Shown here: one piece after another, positions 1 through 11,194 of the stretch
Numbering within the stretch: position 1 is the stretch's first letter
Layout of the letters: each line of letters opens with the position of its first letter
Source of the DNA: Antedon mediterranea
Lineage: Eukaryota > Animalia > Echinodermata
Assembly: GCF_964355755.1 (NCBI RefSeq)
Contig: NC_092671.1
Span: 27,106,070-27,170,069, forward strand
DNA length: 64,000 bases
Direction: 5' to 3'
Notes under the pieces: generated by a model
The model's input: the letters and a program-made list of their open reading frames with translations, nothing else
Database searches by the model: none
What the model was told of the DNA's origin: nothing
Made by a program: the position numbers and the translations under genes

Positions 1-180
1 TTTGCGTAAAAACCGAAAATTGAAATTGCAATATCTTGAAAACCGTTGGTCCGATAAAGTTAAAATTTGAAATTTTGGCTTTAATTGCTATGAATCACCC
101 ATATACCAAATTTCATAAAAATTGGAAGAGGTAGGGTTTAAAATTCCATTTTTTTTGGGTGAACTGAGATGGAATGACCC
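1..180. mobile_element. Right end of a non-autonomous DNA transposon (Sola2-like GRG terminus)
   Basis: Ends in GAGATGGAATGACCC, the reverse complement of GGGTCATTCCATCTC. A related end, GGGTCATTCCGTGTCA, starts at 33238. The other end lies outside the window. Confidence 0.4.
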
Positions 181-908
181 CCCCACGTCAGCCAGAATTA
201 CCTTTATTTATTCTCAATTTTGATGAACTCAACACCACTCAATGTAATCAACGTCAACTGGAAAACAGGGGATGATGCCACTGTGTTTTATGTAATAAAC
301 GACGGTAGTATATTAAATTACCAATGAATTGCATTATAAATTGAAACTTTATTTGCACATAAATATTAATTATGTCCTTGAAGCATTTAAAAACGTAGTA
401 CGCTAGAACCACTATTAAGAGGACATTTTTACACCATAATTAATAATCTGTGACTAGCGGTTTCCAAGATATAGGGTAGATATAACAAATGCCGCCATTT
501 TTTTTAATCATTCAAATTAAAGGCTTTGAATTTGATGGCCGAATTTCACTTGGGATCTGTCATATTTGTAATCAGCTAGGTCGAAACATCCAAAATCAAG
601 TGGATCCCAGCTTCTACCAAAAAAATGCTTCTTACATCATTTCATGTGAAATGGAAACCTGTTTGTTTAATTTAATAGAGTTTTGCAGCATCTATATCAA
701 TTACACCTTAATGATACCAGTATATTGTCATAGGTCATTATTGTCTGCTTAACTAAACATTTGAAAAAAAAAATTAATTAACTGATAAAATTCAAAGAAA
801 ACATAAAGTCAATTGGTTTTTTTGTTGGTTCATAATAACTGTTTATCTTTCACTCTCAGTATTAATCTATATTAAAATTATAAGTAGATATTTTAGATTA
901 AATTTCTG

Positions 909-1037
909 AATATTATCAATAACAACTATCAAATCACCATTTGATTGGTTCAGAAATCAAAGTTTCTTATTGGTTGAGAGATTATATTGCTTAATGTATA
1001 AATACAGAAGGACAACTCAGCAGAAGCAGAACAAGTT
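909..1037 (+). promoter_or_regulatory. Putative core promoter of GPCR copy 1 (two reverse CCAAT boxes + TATA box)
   Basis: ATTGG at ~944 and ~969, TATAAATA at 997-1004, about 110 nt upstream of the ATG. Nearly identical to 11195-11325. Confidence 0.65.
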
Positions 1038-1113
1038 ATAATACTTTGTAGAGGAAGGTCTGGGAAGTTTATTGTATTGATACTCAACCTATTTAGTGTG
1101 TCAGTGTATTAAA

Positions 1114-2142
1114 ATGGCTGATAATATTACTATTAGTGCTGAGAATTCAACAGATTGTCCTATACTGGTTGATGCTCACTTGATGTTTAAATATGCAGCA
1201 TCTATTGTTGCAATTGCTTTCAACCTACTAATTATTGTAATGATTTTAAAATTTAAAAACTTGCAAAATATACCAAATATTTTCATTTTCAACTTGGCTG
1301 TACTGGATTGTATAAATGGTGTATTTTATTTTGGTAACAACGTTTGGAGAACATTTCCATGTTTTAGCCCTTCGGAAACTTTTTGTGTGATTTATCATGG
1401 CTTGGAATTGTGGAAAAATTTAAACATAGTTTATGTTATCGTTCTTCTAAGCCTTGATAGATATATCGCCATCGTGCATTGTATTTCATCAAAGGTTTAC
1501 CGTACAAAAGAAGCTGCAAAATATGTTTGTTTTCTAACTTTCATAGTTTCAGGATTGGTTTCCATACCAATGTGGGTACATACACACATTCTGCCATGGG
1601 ATGGTATTAATTATTGTCAAATAAGACAATTTGATGAATACTTTAAGTATTACTCATTTTCTCTGAACTATGCAGTACCGCTGATTGCAATTATCCTCTG
1701 TTATGTTGTGATTGTGTATTCCATGGCTTCAGCACAACAGATTGAACAAAACAACACAACACGGAGAACATCAAAGCGTGTGCTCATTCTTGCTATTTCT
1801 ATAGTTTTATCATTCGTAATACTCTTTTCACCATTTTATATCGCTGTAACTTTTACAGATATTCAGTCGGAGGCTCATGCATTTTGTGTTGGCATGATGT
1901 TCTCGCACAGTGTAATAAATCCGGTCTTGTACACGTTCATTGGACAAAATTTTAAACAGAATCTGTTGAAAAGTTGGTGTTGCGTCAAGTTTATGCCATG
2001 TTTGGCGAGATTTGTACATGAACCTGCGTCTACTTTTCAAACAAGAACAACTAAACTTTCAACCATTAATTCTAAATCTTCACACGATCGTGACTTTATA
2101 AAAAGCAAGCCCGAGACTGTTCCATTACAGCAAGTACAATAA
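1114..2142 (+). CDS. Single-exon class A (rhodopsin-like) GPCR, divergent somatostatin/opioid/allatostatin-C-receptor-like, copy 1 (342 aa)
   Basis: Seven hydrophobic segments with PNIFIFNLAVLD (TM2), C3.25, SLDRYIAIVH, an ECL2 Cys, YAVPLIAIILCY (TM5), NPVLY, helix 8 NFKQN and N-terminal sequons (NIT, NST). The first ATG, in AAAATGG context, is at 1114; the ORF track start at 1096 is a GTG. Confidence 0.93.
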   Translation: MADNITISAENSTDCPILVDAHLMFKYAASIVAIAFNLLIIVMILKFKNLQNIPNIFIFNLAVLDCINGVFYFGNNVWRTFPCFSPSETFCVIYHGLELWKNLNIVYVIVLLSLDRYIAIVHCISSKVYRTKEAAKYVCFLTFIVSGLVSIPMWVHTHILPWDGINYCQIRQFDEYFKYYSFSLNYAVPLIAIILCYVVIVYSMASAQQIEQNNTTRRTSKRVLILAISIVLSFVILFSPFYIAVTFTDIQSEAHAFCVGMMFSHSVINPVLYTFIGQNFKQNLLKSWCCVKFMPCLARFVHEPASTFQTRTTKLSTINSKSSHDRDFIKSKPETVPLQQVQ

Positions 2143-2637
2143 ACCCTTCAAGATAAGATCTATTTTTGCTCACATCTTTACTATACTTTATACTATGCTA
2201 CTTTTAAAGCATTGTATTGCATCAATTGGACTAGAACGTAGATCCCAATGATTCAGACAGATTATAAAGATATTCGCAATTAAACCATGTCCATTTGGGA
2301 AAGAGATGATAATAACTGCATCTTTTTAATGAGAACTTTATAGTAATGTCTCATTTGTTGTTGTGTTGTGAAATTATTGATACCAGAACACGCTGCAGGC
2401 ACCAGAAACATCCTAAAGCAGTATATAGGAAAACTGAACATCTCTGAAAAACACTAAAGTTTGCATGAAAGTAGCATGATATAATTCTCAATAAATCCTG
2501 AATCATCTGAAAGGTTACTACACAGTCCCAAGAGACAGGTGTGTACAGTGCACTGCAAATTTGTTGGGTCAACTCTGGCCTCTGAGGCTCTGTTTCTGCG
2601 GCATAGCGCCGAACACACCAATTATTTCAAAAATGTA

Positions 2638-5600
2638 ATTAGTTATCCGCTTGGTATACCAAGCGGATAACTCCTTGTTATTGTATGAGATCAACAGTTT
2701 TTTTCTGTATTATTAGTTATCCGCATTCAGCGGATAACTCCTTGTAACTGTCCTTTTTTATCATCTTTTTTTTTTCTGTATTCTTCTTTCTTTCTGTCAT
2801 TTTTGTGTCACGTGTAACTCAAAAACGTGTAAACATAACATTTTATAACTTTGTCAACATGTGGGCATTCACGTGAAGTTGTGCACCTGCTATTGTGAAT
2901 GACGTCAGAGTTGCGAAACGTGACTTACGCGCGTTTTTATGAATTTCGCGTATTTAACATAGATCGAAAACCATATAACATTTTAATTTGAAACTTAGAA
3001 AAACTTTAAGTTATATCTTGCACTAACTGACTGTGGGAAAAAAATGGCATGTTTCACACGAAGTTACGCGCGCACGCGCGTTTAAAATTTCAAAATGCGA
3101 AAAATCAATTTCTAATCAACTTTCTACGCGTTTTATGTCATTTTGAGCATGTAAAAAATTCCCACACGAGCGCATATTTTTACGCACGCTGTGCGCACGT
3201 AGCGTTGAAAACAATTTTTTTCTCGTGATTTATGTTTTTCCAGCCATTTCAAGTACTTTTACCAACTTTTAAACAATTTCGACTTAAAATTAACGTCATA
3301 CGAGCACGTCGAATTGGATAATTTACGTACGTTTTTGATGAAAAAGTTAAAAAATTCCTTAAAATTTGTCAAAATTATACCTTTTTTAAAACAGTCTTAG
3401 TTTCTAAACTAAACGGTAAAAGTTATTTTTATTACGTATTCTGGAAGATGATGAGTTGTAGATATCGTATCATGCATCAATATTGCTAACAGGACATTTT
3501 GACGTCATCGTATGGCCATGCGAATATAAAATATAGGATTTTTGTATCTTTCGTCATAGAGCATCACATTTAATAGAGCGCATCTCCACTTATCCTTTTT
3601 TCATTTTAACCCAGATTTTGATATTTTCTAGGTCAATCAACTACCTTTCGCATGGGTTAAAAATATTTTAATTTTTTTGACGTCATCATGTCTAAAAATG
3701 TAAATAACGTGGGTCACTTATTTTCATCTTTACAGTAACTTTCAATCTGTTATAGCTCGTCAGAATAAAAAGCGGTAATCATGATTAAAACGTTTTCTGG
3801 AAGCTATTGTATTGTAAATACAAATTCATGTCAACATTTTTCCAATCCGACGTTGTGACGTCATCATATGGCCAGTTGAATAAAAAAAGTCGTATTTTCA
3901 TCTTTTGCGTCATAGTTCATCACATTTAAAAGAGCGCGCATCTATATTTTACGTATTCAAATTTCTTCTACATGTTAATATGTTGTTACTGAGATAATAT
4001 TCATCCGAAATTGCTATCTTAGTGTTTCATTTTGATACCGTCGCCATGTTAAAAATAGGAATAAACGGGGGGTCCCGTAATTTCACCTATTTTACACTGT
4101 ATGTAATATGTATACAGATTTACTGTTTGTACTATATACTATATGACACAAAATTGACAGAATTCAGCACTAACAACATATCATATTCATCAGTTCAGGT
4201 CATAATGCCATAATCTTTTTCCGTGTGGAATATTCCAACGTATGACGTGCACGTGGCGTTTGTCGTGCGGATAACTAACTCGTCAAAGTGACGAGTTACA
4301 TGTCTAGTTCTTCTTTCCATCCTTCCTTTTTGTGGATCGCGTTTCTCTAAAATGTGTAAACATAACATTTCATAACTTTGACAGCATATGGGCATTTACG
4401 TGAAGTTGTGCACCTCCTATTTTTGAATGACGTCATAGTTGCGCAACGTGACTTACGCGCAATTTTATGAATTTCAATGATTGAACATAGATTAAAAACC
4501 AAAAGTCATTTAGTATTGACACTTTGACAAAATTCAAGTCATATCAGGGGCAAACTTTCTACGGATTAAAAATGGCATGTTTCACAAGAAGTTACGCGCG
4601 CATGCGCATTTAAAATTTCAAAATGCGCAAAATTAATTTCTAATCAACTTTTTACACGTTTCATGTCATTTTGAGCATGTCAAAAATTCCCACAGGCGCG
4701 CAATTTTTTACGCGCGCGGTACGCACGTAGCGTTAAAAACATATTTTTTTCTCTTGAATTATATTTTTCAAGCCTTTCCTAGTAATTTTGAAAAAAATTT
4801 AGACCTTTTCCAGTTTAAATAACGCCATACGAACACGTTGAATTAGACAATTCGTGCGCGTTTTTTATGAAAAAGCTTAAAAAATCATCAAAATAATGTC
4901 TTTTTTTAAACAGTCATAGTTTCTAAAGTAAACCGTGAACCGTTTATTTTTATTACAAAATCTAGAAGTTGATGAGTTGCAGATATCGGATCATGCATCG
5001 ATAAGGCTAAAAAAACATTGTGACGTAATCGTATGGCCACACGAATGTAAAATATAGGATTTTTGTCTGTTTCGTTATTGCTCATCACATTCAATGGAGC
5101 GCATCACGCTTATCTGTATTCCTTTTTCTCCTACATTTATATATTGTCTAGGTCAATCAACTTTCTTTAGCATGAGATAAAAATATTTTAATTTTTATAA
5201 CGTCATCATGCCTAAAAATTTTAATTACGTGGGTCATTAATTTCATCTTTACAGTAAATTTTAATCTGTAATAGCTCGTAAGAATAAAATGTGATAATCA
5301 CGATTAAAACGTTTTCTGGAAGCTATTGGATTGTAGATACGAAATCATGTAAACTTTTCGCCAATCGGATGTTGTGACGTCATCATATGGCCAGTTAAAT
5401 AAAAAAAGTCGTATTTTCATATTTTGCGTCATAGTTCATTACATTTAAAAGGGCGCGCATTATTTCACGTATTAAAATTTCTTCTACACGTTAATATGTT
5501 GTTGTTGCCGAGATAATTTACTTCCGAAATTGCTACCTTCGCGTTTCATTTTAAAACCGTCAACATGTTAAAAATTGCAATAAATAGCGGGTCCCGTAAT

Positions 5601-5819
5601 TTCACCTATTCTACACTGTATGTGATATGTATACAGATTATACTGTGTATACTATATGACACAAAATAACAGAATTCAGCAATAACAACATATCATATTC
5701 TTCAGTTCATGTCATAATGCCATAATCTTTATCTGTGTGCAATATCCCAACGTATGACGTGCACGTGGCGTTTGTCGTGCGGATAACTAACTCGTCAAAG
5801 TGACGAGTTTCATGTCTAG
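2638..5819 (+). mobile_element. Non-autonomous Helentron/HINE (DINE-1-like) element, outer copy
   Basis: 5' subTIR TTAGTTATCCGC with adjacent inverted copy, T-rich tract, 3' subTIR GCGGATAACTAA, 3' hairpin AACTCGTC-AAAGT-GACGAGTT and terminal CTAG. Inserted in a T-run with no TSD. Confidence 0.75.
2712..4307 (+). mobile_element. Helentron/HINE-like element nested in the 5' T-rich tract of the outer copy
   Basis: Complete second set of the same termini. The outer element resumes at 4308 with TTCTTCTTTCC. An internal ~360-bp direct repeat is visible (GACGTCATC..TATGGCCA at ~3501 and ~3858). Confidence 0.75.
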
Positions 5820-6609
5820 TTTTTATATTGACTGCATTTCTGCTAAATTTTTGCTCCAAAATAACCGTTTAAATCAGTGGGTGATCGTTGACAAAAATTG
5901 TTAGACTTACCCAAAATGCATTTTGTCCGGTGGTTAATTCAAACATTACTGCAGTGTAGTTGACTCGAGGTCAGCAGCTGTCAAATCATTTTGTGTTGCC
6001 TTTTAACCAGCAAAATTGTCCTGTTTTTGCTTCCAAGAAATTGGACTATTATATTCAGAGGACTGTCATTCCTGGAAGTTCAAGTTTTGTAAACTCAGTG
6101 GTACCTGTGAAGAGAGTGATTGATTATAACTAATTGGACAGTGTAAATATTTTTCTTTGTGGTCTGGACCCAAAGCCTGTTCTCAAGTTGCCTCAAAATT
6201 ATTGGATTGTCTAGTACAATTTTGGGTTGACTTATAATGCAATGCATTTTTAAATCAGGTTGGTAATTGCATGATAACTGGAAGTTTGAGATGGATACTG
6301 CTATAAGAAATTTAATAGGCAAACTCACGAAATGTAATGACGCCATTAAGTATTAACCTTCCTGTAGGCCTGCCACATTTTATTATTTCTCTTGGTCAGC
6401 TCGATGAGCTAACATAAAGTGCTTAGGCCCTACTCTTGACCTACTCAAATTAGGTCAGGACACAAGGCTTGAATAATACAGATAAGTTGTACTGTACCAG
6501 GCCAGCCTAACTCATAGTGTGAAGGGCTCCTTTTATATGTCTCTGTAATGTAAAATGTATTATTCTGGTTCTCAAGCTTAACTGGAAACTGAGGAAATTT
6601 GGATTAGGC

Positions 6610-6808
6610 CCTTCAGGGATTCAGGGACCCACGGCAGCCAGCAGTGCAGCGCCTACCAGATCAGCACACAGGGAGACAATCCCCTACTCTTTTCGAATAG
6701 TGTACCAAGTTCTTTAACGTGCACTGTTAAGTACAAAGGACCAACAGCTATACATCCCATCCAAAGGATGAGGCAATGGGAGTAAAGCATCTTGCCTAAG
6801 GATGCAAT
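6610..6808 (-). mobile_element. Degenerate SINE with Deu/Nin central domain
   Basis: Minus strand reads GGCAAGATGCTTTAC..GGATGGGATGTA..GCACGTTAAAGAAC..CACTATTCGAAAAGAGTAGGGG, which matches the Deu-domain pattern of AmnSINE-type elements (recognised from memory). Confidence 0.6.
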
Positions 6809-7189
6809 TAGTATGGTACAGATAACATCGAACAGATGCCTATCACATGCTAGTCCGATATTATCACTCTATAAATTTAAGTGTCTCAACTAAGTTGTTG
6901 TGGCTTCTGTAACTATAGGATACTTGTTCATTGGAAGTATTCATAAATTAGTATAATAAAGTAAAGTAACATTAAGTTATGTAAGGTAAACATCTGACTA
7001 ACGAACTTGCTCCCTTACACAAGCTACTTTAAAGTAAAGTATTACATTATCAAATATCAGTAGTGTCACATTTCAAAGTTCAATAGATTGTAATGCAATA
7101 TAGATTGTAATGTATCATTAGTATGTAAATATCACATTTGAACAATTTTAAACTTCATGTTTGAAATCCTATTTCTTTATTATACTGTA

Positions 7190-7620
7190 TTTAACACTTA
7201 AATAAATTCATGATATTTGATTGGACGATTGTTGGTCACATGATGTGCAATAGTACGCACTATAGAAAATTGTTAAAACAATCTATTTTTTTTTCATACG
7301 GGAAAACATTTTTCAAGACAGCTACTGTGATTCTTAATATGAAATACAACAACGCCACCTATTTTTAAATTAATAACTACAAAAATTGAAAATTGATCAT
7401 GTCGCGGAGGAATTACGGAGAGAGAGATACATACTTATTATTTAGACCAAAAAAGCATTTAAATTTTTGATCGTTTATATGATTTTGATTAATGAGAACA
7501 ATGCTATACAAGATGTGGAATCGTTGGAAGCTGTTGCCTCATAGAAATATAACCTTTCATCATTCACCTCATGCCATTATTTGTACCATTCCACTAATAA
7601 ACATTCAATATTTGTATAAT
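7190..7620. mobile_element. Internally deleted copy of the Crypton-like family at 59640-60691
   Basis: Shares both ends: AAATAAATTC..TTTGATTGGA..GGTCACATG..GCAATAGTACGCACTAT and GAAATATAACCTTTCATCATTCACCTC..TATTTGTATAA. Confidence 0.6.
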
Positions 7621-7921
7621 TAATATAATTCATACATAACCACATGAATGAAATTATTATTCTGAATAACAAAACAATGTTTGCTTGATGTGATATTTAA
7701 AAACAAAATGTTAAAACCAGATTACTTGCTAAAAATGCTATTTCTACCATTACCAATGATGCTAATTCTATGTGAACACCACATAAATTGGAATTGGGTC
7801 CAGACATACTGAGTTTTTGATGGAAAGAAAGAAAGAAAAACTGACAGAAAAACAGAACTGTCAGTTTTTCATATTGGGTTAAATTACATTTAATTTTAGC
7901 ATTAATTTATAATTGTATTAA

Positions 7922-8213
7922 AGATGTATTGTCCCCCTGAAAAATAATGTTTTTGTTGTTGAATATGCCATTTTAATGTCACATAATAGTTATTGACTTC
8001 GACCAAAAATTGGATTAAAAAATGGTCAAATTGGCTGCCAGCCAATGGATATTTGGTTGAATTTAACCATTTATTATGTTATTTTATAAGTGAAAACGTA
8101 ATTTTTTTTAGTTTTTTTTCTACGGAAGTGATTAACTTTATTAAAACTACAAAATAACCTATTCAAAGTCTAATTAATCTTCATTTTTCATGTTTTTGGG
8201 GGACAATACATCT
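7922..8213. mobile_element. Kolobok-like MITE
   Basis: TTAA TSD on both sides and 16-bp TIR AGATGTATTGTCCCCC. An inverted copy lies at 52961-53262 and a fragment near 44890-45010. Confidence 0.75.
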
Positions 8214-8256
8214 TTAATTCTTCTGTATTGAATTTTAGCAAACTAGCAAGTCAACA

Positions 8257-8460
8257 TTTGATTGGTTCATTCAAGTGTCTTTGATTGGTTCATTCAAGTG
8301 TCTTTGATTGGTTCATTCAAGTGTCTTTGATTGGTTCATTGTTTTTGATCGGTTGAGAAATTGTATTGCTCTATAAAACACAATGGGACAACTGAACAGA
8401 ATCAGAACCAAATGTATTACTTTGCAGGAAAGGTCTAGGTTTTATTTATTGTTGAATACT
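8257..8460 (+). promoter_or_regulatory. Paralogous GPCR promoter remnant with CCAAT box amplified as a 23-bp tandem repeat
   Basis: TTTGATTGGTTCATTCAAGTGTC x3.6 (8257-8340), then GGTTGAGAAATTGTATTGC, TATAAAA and GGACAACTGAACAGAA, collinear with 940-1030. Confidence 0.6.
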
Positions 8461-8493
8461 CAGTATAGTGTGTCACTCAGTGTACAGTATAAC

Positions 8494-9932
8494 GTGGCTG
8501 ATATTTAATAGTAGTACAGTCAACTCTCCCAATACCGGACACCCTTGGGCGGGCATATATTTTCCGGTTTTTCGAAAGTCCGGTTTCCTGAAAACATTTT
8601 TAAAGTCATCACGTTGTCACTGAAAATGCTTTGAATCACCGGTCCGAATGCTGCCCGGTACGATCTCCTAGCGTAGGGAAGGCCTAGGCTATGATTGTAT
8701 CAATCTAGTTTTAATTAAATAAATACTGATAGGCCTGGCCTACTTTATTAATATTAAGCTAATTCAATTTACCTTTTTTAAAAGTTACATTATTTACTGT
8801 ACCAATAAAACATGTTACAATAGTAAATTATTGTTTCTCAATGTGTTTTTAACGGCAAAAAGGCCTACGTACGTACGTACGGTGAACATAATTTCGGTCT
8901 GTTTATTGTTTTTCGTGAGCTAGCTAGCAGCAGCAGCAGCATGGTGCAGTGTGGTGGGGGTGATAAGGGCTTTGATTGATGCGCATGTGCAGAGGTGTCA
9001 TAACCAAATAAAAACGCCCACACCTAGACCACATGTTTTTTAAGCTCCTTTATTTTGACGTAATTTGATAGCAATAAACGAGCCAAGCAATAATGACACA
9101 ATAATTAATTGGTAACATTTCAAAGTTTATTAACACTAGTTAAGTCAAGTTCATTCCGTTTACGTTTTGCCATAATGATTTCCAAATTTATAATGATGCA
9201 CATTTTTAGTGAAACATTCCTTTTTAAAGTCCTATTGCAATTGTGAATTTAACAATAATTTAAACAAAACAAAGACACAAAGTGGAATGTAAATTGAACT
9301 TTATTAAAAAACAATTCATATGCTAAAAAACAGGGAGTTGTTAACAACTCCCTGCTAAAAACAATAGATAGCGCTTCGATGTGAAAAAGCTCACCGCAGT
9401 TCGATACGCAACAAAGCAATTGCCGCCTCGTGGGTTAACAATGAACTGACCTGTCAATCACAGTGTAGTGCTCCATGGCAACATTATTTGATCGTACCGC
9501 GAAACGTCGTGCACTTCATGCATGGTCAGGGTATGGTTAAAAGCTTTTGTACATTGTGAATGTATTGAATCCGAGTCAGCGACGACGATGTTGCGTTGTT
9601 TTCGTAAATATTTGGAGTTTTTTAACTGTCAGTCCGGTTTTCAGACGCTAATTTTCGTGTTTTGTACTTCATAATTTGTCCGGATTCCGGAATTGGGTAT
9701 TCCGGTTTTCATAATAAATTACAGTACATTTAGAATAGGGACAAATTGGGCCCTCCAAAAAAGTCCGGTTTTTCGTGAATTCCGGTTTTGGGAGAGTCCG
9801 GTATTGGGAGAGTTGACTGTACTGAGAATTGTCCTATTCTGGCTGATGCTCTATCCTACAAAAAAAGTGCAAAATGTGTTTGTTTTCTAACTTTTATAGC
9901 TTCAGGATTAGTTTCCATACTTAACACACATT
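8494..9932 (+). pseudogene. Third GPCR paralogue, pseudogenised
   Basis: ATG changed to GTG (GTGGCTGAT at 8494), then a MITE insertion at 8517-9819. The sequence resumes as TENCPILADA (cf. AENSTDCPILVDA) and jumps by deletion to YKKSAKCVCFLTFIASGLVSI (cf. TM4). The rest is missing. Confidence 0.85.
8517..9819. mobile_element. Tc1/mariner-pogo (Tigger-type) non-autonomous element
   Basis: Perfect 24-bp TIR CAGTCAACTCTCCCAATACCGGAC, TA TSD (8515-16 and 9820-21), subterminal TCCGGTTT repeats. Confidence 0.88.
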
Positions 9933-10439
9933 GTACCAAGTCTGAACATACCCTATGTTTATTTATAGTGTTTTGCAGAATATGTACCAAAAACATTTAT
10001 TGTCACCCTCAATAGGTCATTACTGCCACATTAGTTTGACAACAACTTTAATACAAAAAAGGTTTACTGATAACCGGTTAGAATTTTTTTTGTTTTTGTT
10101 TTTTTGTTATTTTATTAGGCAACAAAAATATGCTTCCTCCCCTGATTTTCAAGCAGCATCTGTTTCTTTTTTTTTAATGACATAAAACCAATTAAAAATT
10201 CTTATAAATAAGGAACAGGAACATTTTTTATTGCATTGCAGTATTAAAATGTTTTTTTAAAGTTGTTAAAATGTATGATAGCAATTCATTTGTTAATGTT
10301 TTTAAGAGTTGTTGTCAGTTTATTTAAGAATTGAAGCATGAATTTGTGTCGATGATCTATTAAAATATTGTACATTAACAAAAAGAATACTAAATGCAAA
10401 AACAATTGCCCTCTCTTCTCTGACATTTATTAAGAGGTT

Positions 10440-11030
10440 GACGTTTAACAATATTTGTTCAAAACGCTTGTTATACCTAATTTAGAATTATCCTCTGTTA
10501 TTTTTAATTCAATTTCTGATATTCATGCCACAAGGCTTCAACGTGTTCAAAATAGGTTTGTTAGGTTTCTTTGTAAACGTTTTGATGTTATTAATTGTCT
10601 CGAGCCTCTTCAGTTTAGAAGAAGTGTGTCTGATTTAATGTTTCTTTATAAGAGTGTCAATTGTCTGTTTAGTTGCAACTGTTGCTATCTTTTCAGTTTA
10701 TATGCTCCTTCTCGTAAAACTAGAGTCAAGTCCACTTTTTATGTTCCGTTTAATAGAGTAAATGTCTCAAAAAGGGGGTTTCAGACACGATTGCCTAACT
10801 ATTTAAGTGAGGTAAATGTTGCTATTTTTTTCAATATTTATTCTTCATTTAAGACTCATTGTATTTTTTTTTAAATAATCGTGCTCAATAGGCTAATTTT
10901 TTACTATTTACTTATTTATTCACGTTTGCTTCATATAGAGTATTTATTGTATCTGTTTTCAGTTTCATACCTTTAAGTGGCAACTTCCGTTGCTGTTGGT
11001 TTTGATGAAATAAAATAAATAAAATATATA
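10440..11030 (+). mobile_element. 3' fragment of a CR1/L2-group LINE (end of ORF2 + 3' UTR)
   Basis: FKTLVIPNLE..RLQRVQNRFVR..LEPLQFRRSVSDLMFLYK is typical of the ORF2 C-terminus. The tail TTGCTGTTGGTTTTGATGAAATAAAATAAAT recurs at ~15388-15420. Confidence 0.8.
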
Positions 11031-11194
11031 TATATATATTTGCTTTTAGCTTGCTCTCAGTATTATAATGTAATGTACATTTAAAGTAACAAATACTTTA
11101 TTAATACACATTTTAGATTACATTTCTGTGTAAAGTTGATGATTTTCATACTTCGTATTAGAGTTTTAATTGAAGTGTTGTAATTTGTAATTTA

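Larger units (their letters stand above)
2586..6040. mobile_element. PIF/Harbinger-like MITE split by nested Helentron-like elements (pieces 2586-2637 and ~5820-6040)
   Basis: Starts GGCTCTGTTTCTGC. The two pieces, joined, match the reverse complement of the uninterrupted copy at 17912-18350. The element is absent from the paralogous flank near 12770. Confidence 0.7.

Noticed and set aside
1096-1113. ORF-track N-terminal extensions of the GPCRs (1096 and 11345)
   Set aside because: Both start at GTG. The first ATGs in good context are 1114 and 11393.
1052-1113. Neurabin-GPCR1 fusion protein via the TTTGTAG acceptor
   Set aside because: Phase-0 reading hits TAG at 1094-96 and the receptor frame has TGA at 1078-80.
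10455-10874. 139-aa ORF as a host gene
   Set aside because: It is a 5'-truncated LINE ORF2 C-terminus with a TTG start and a LINE-type tail.
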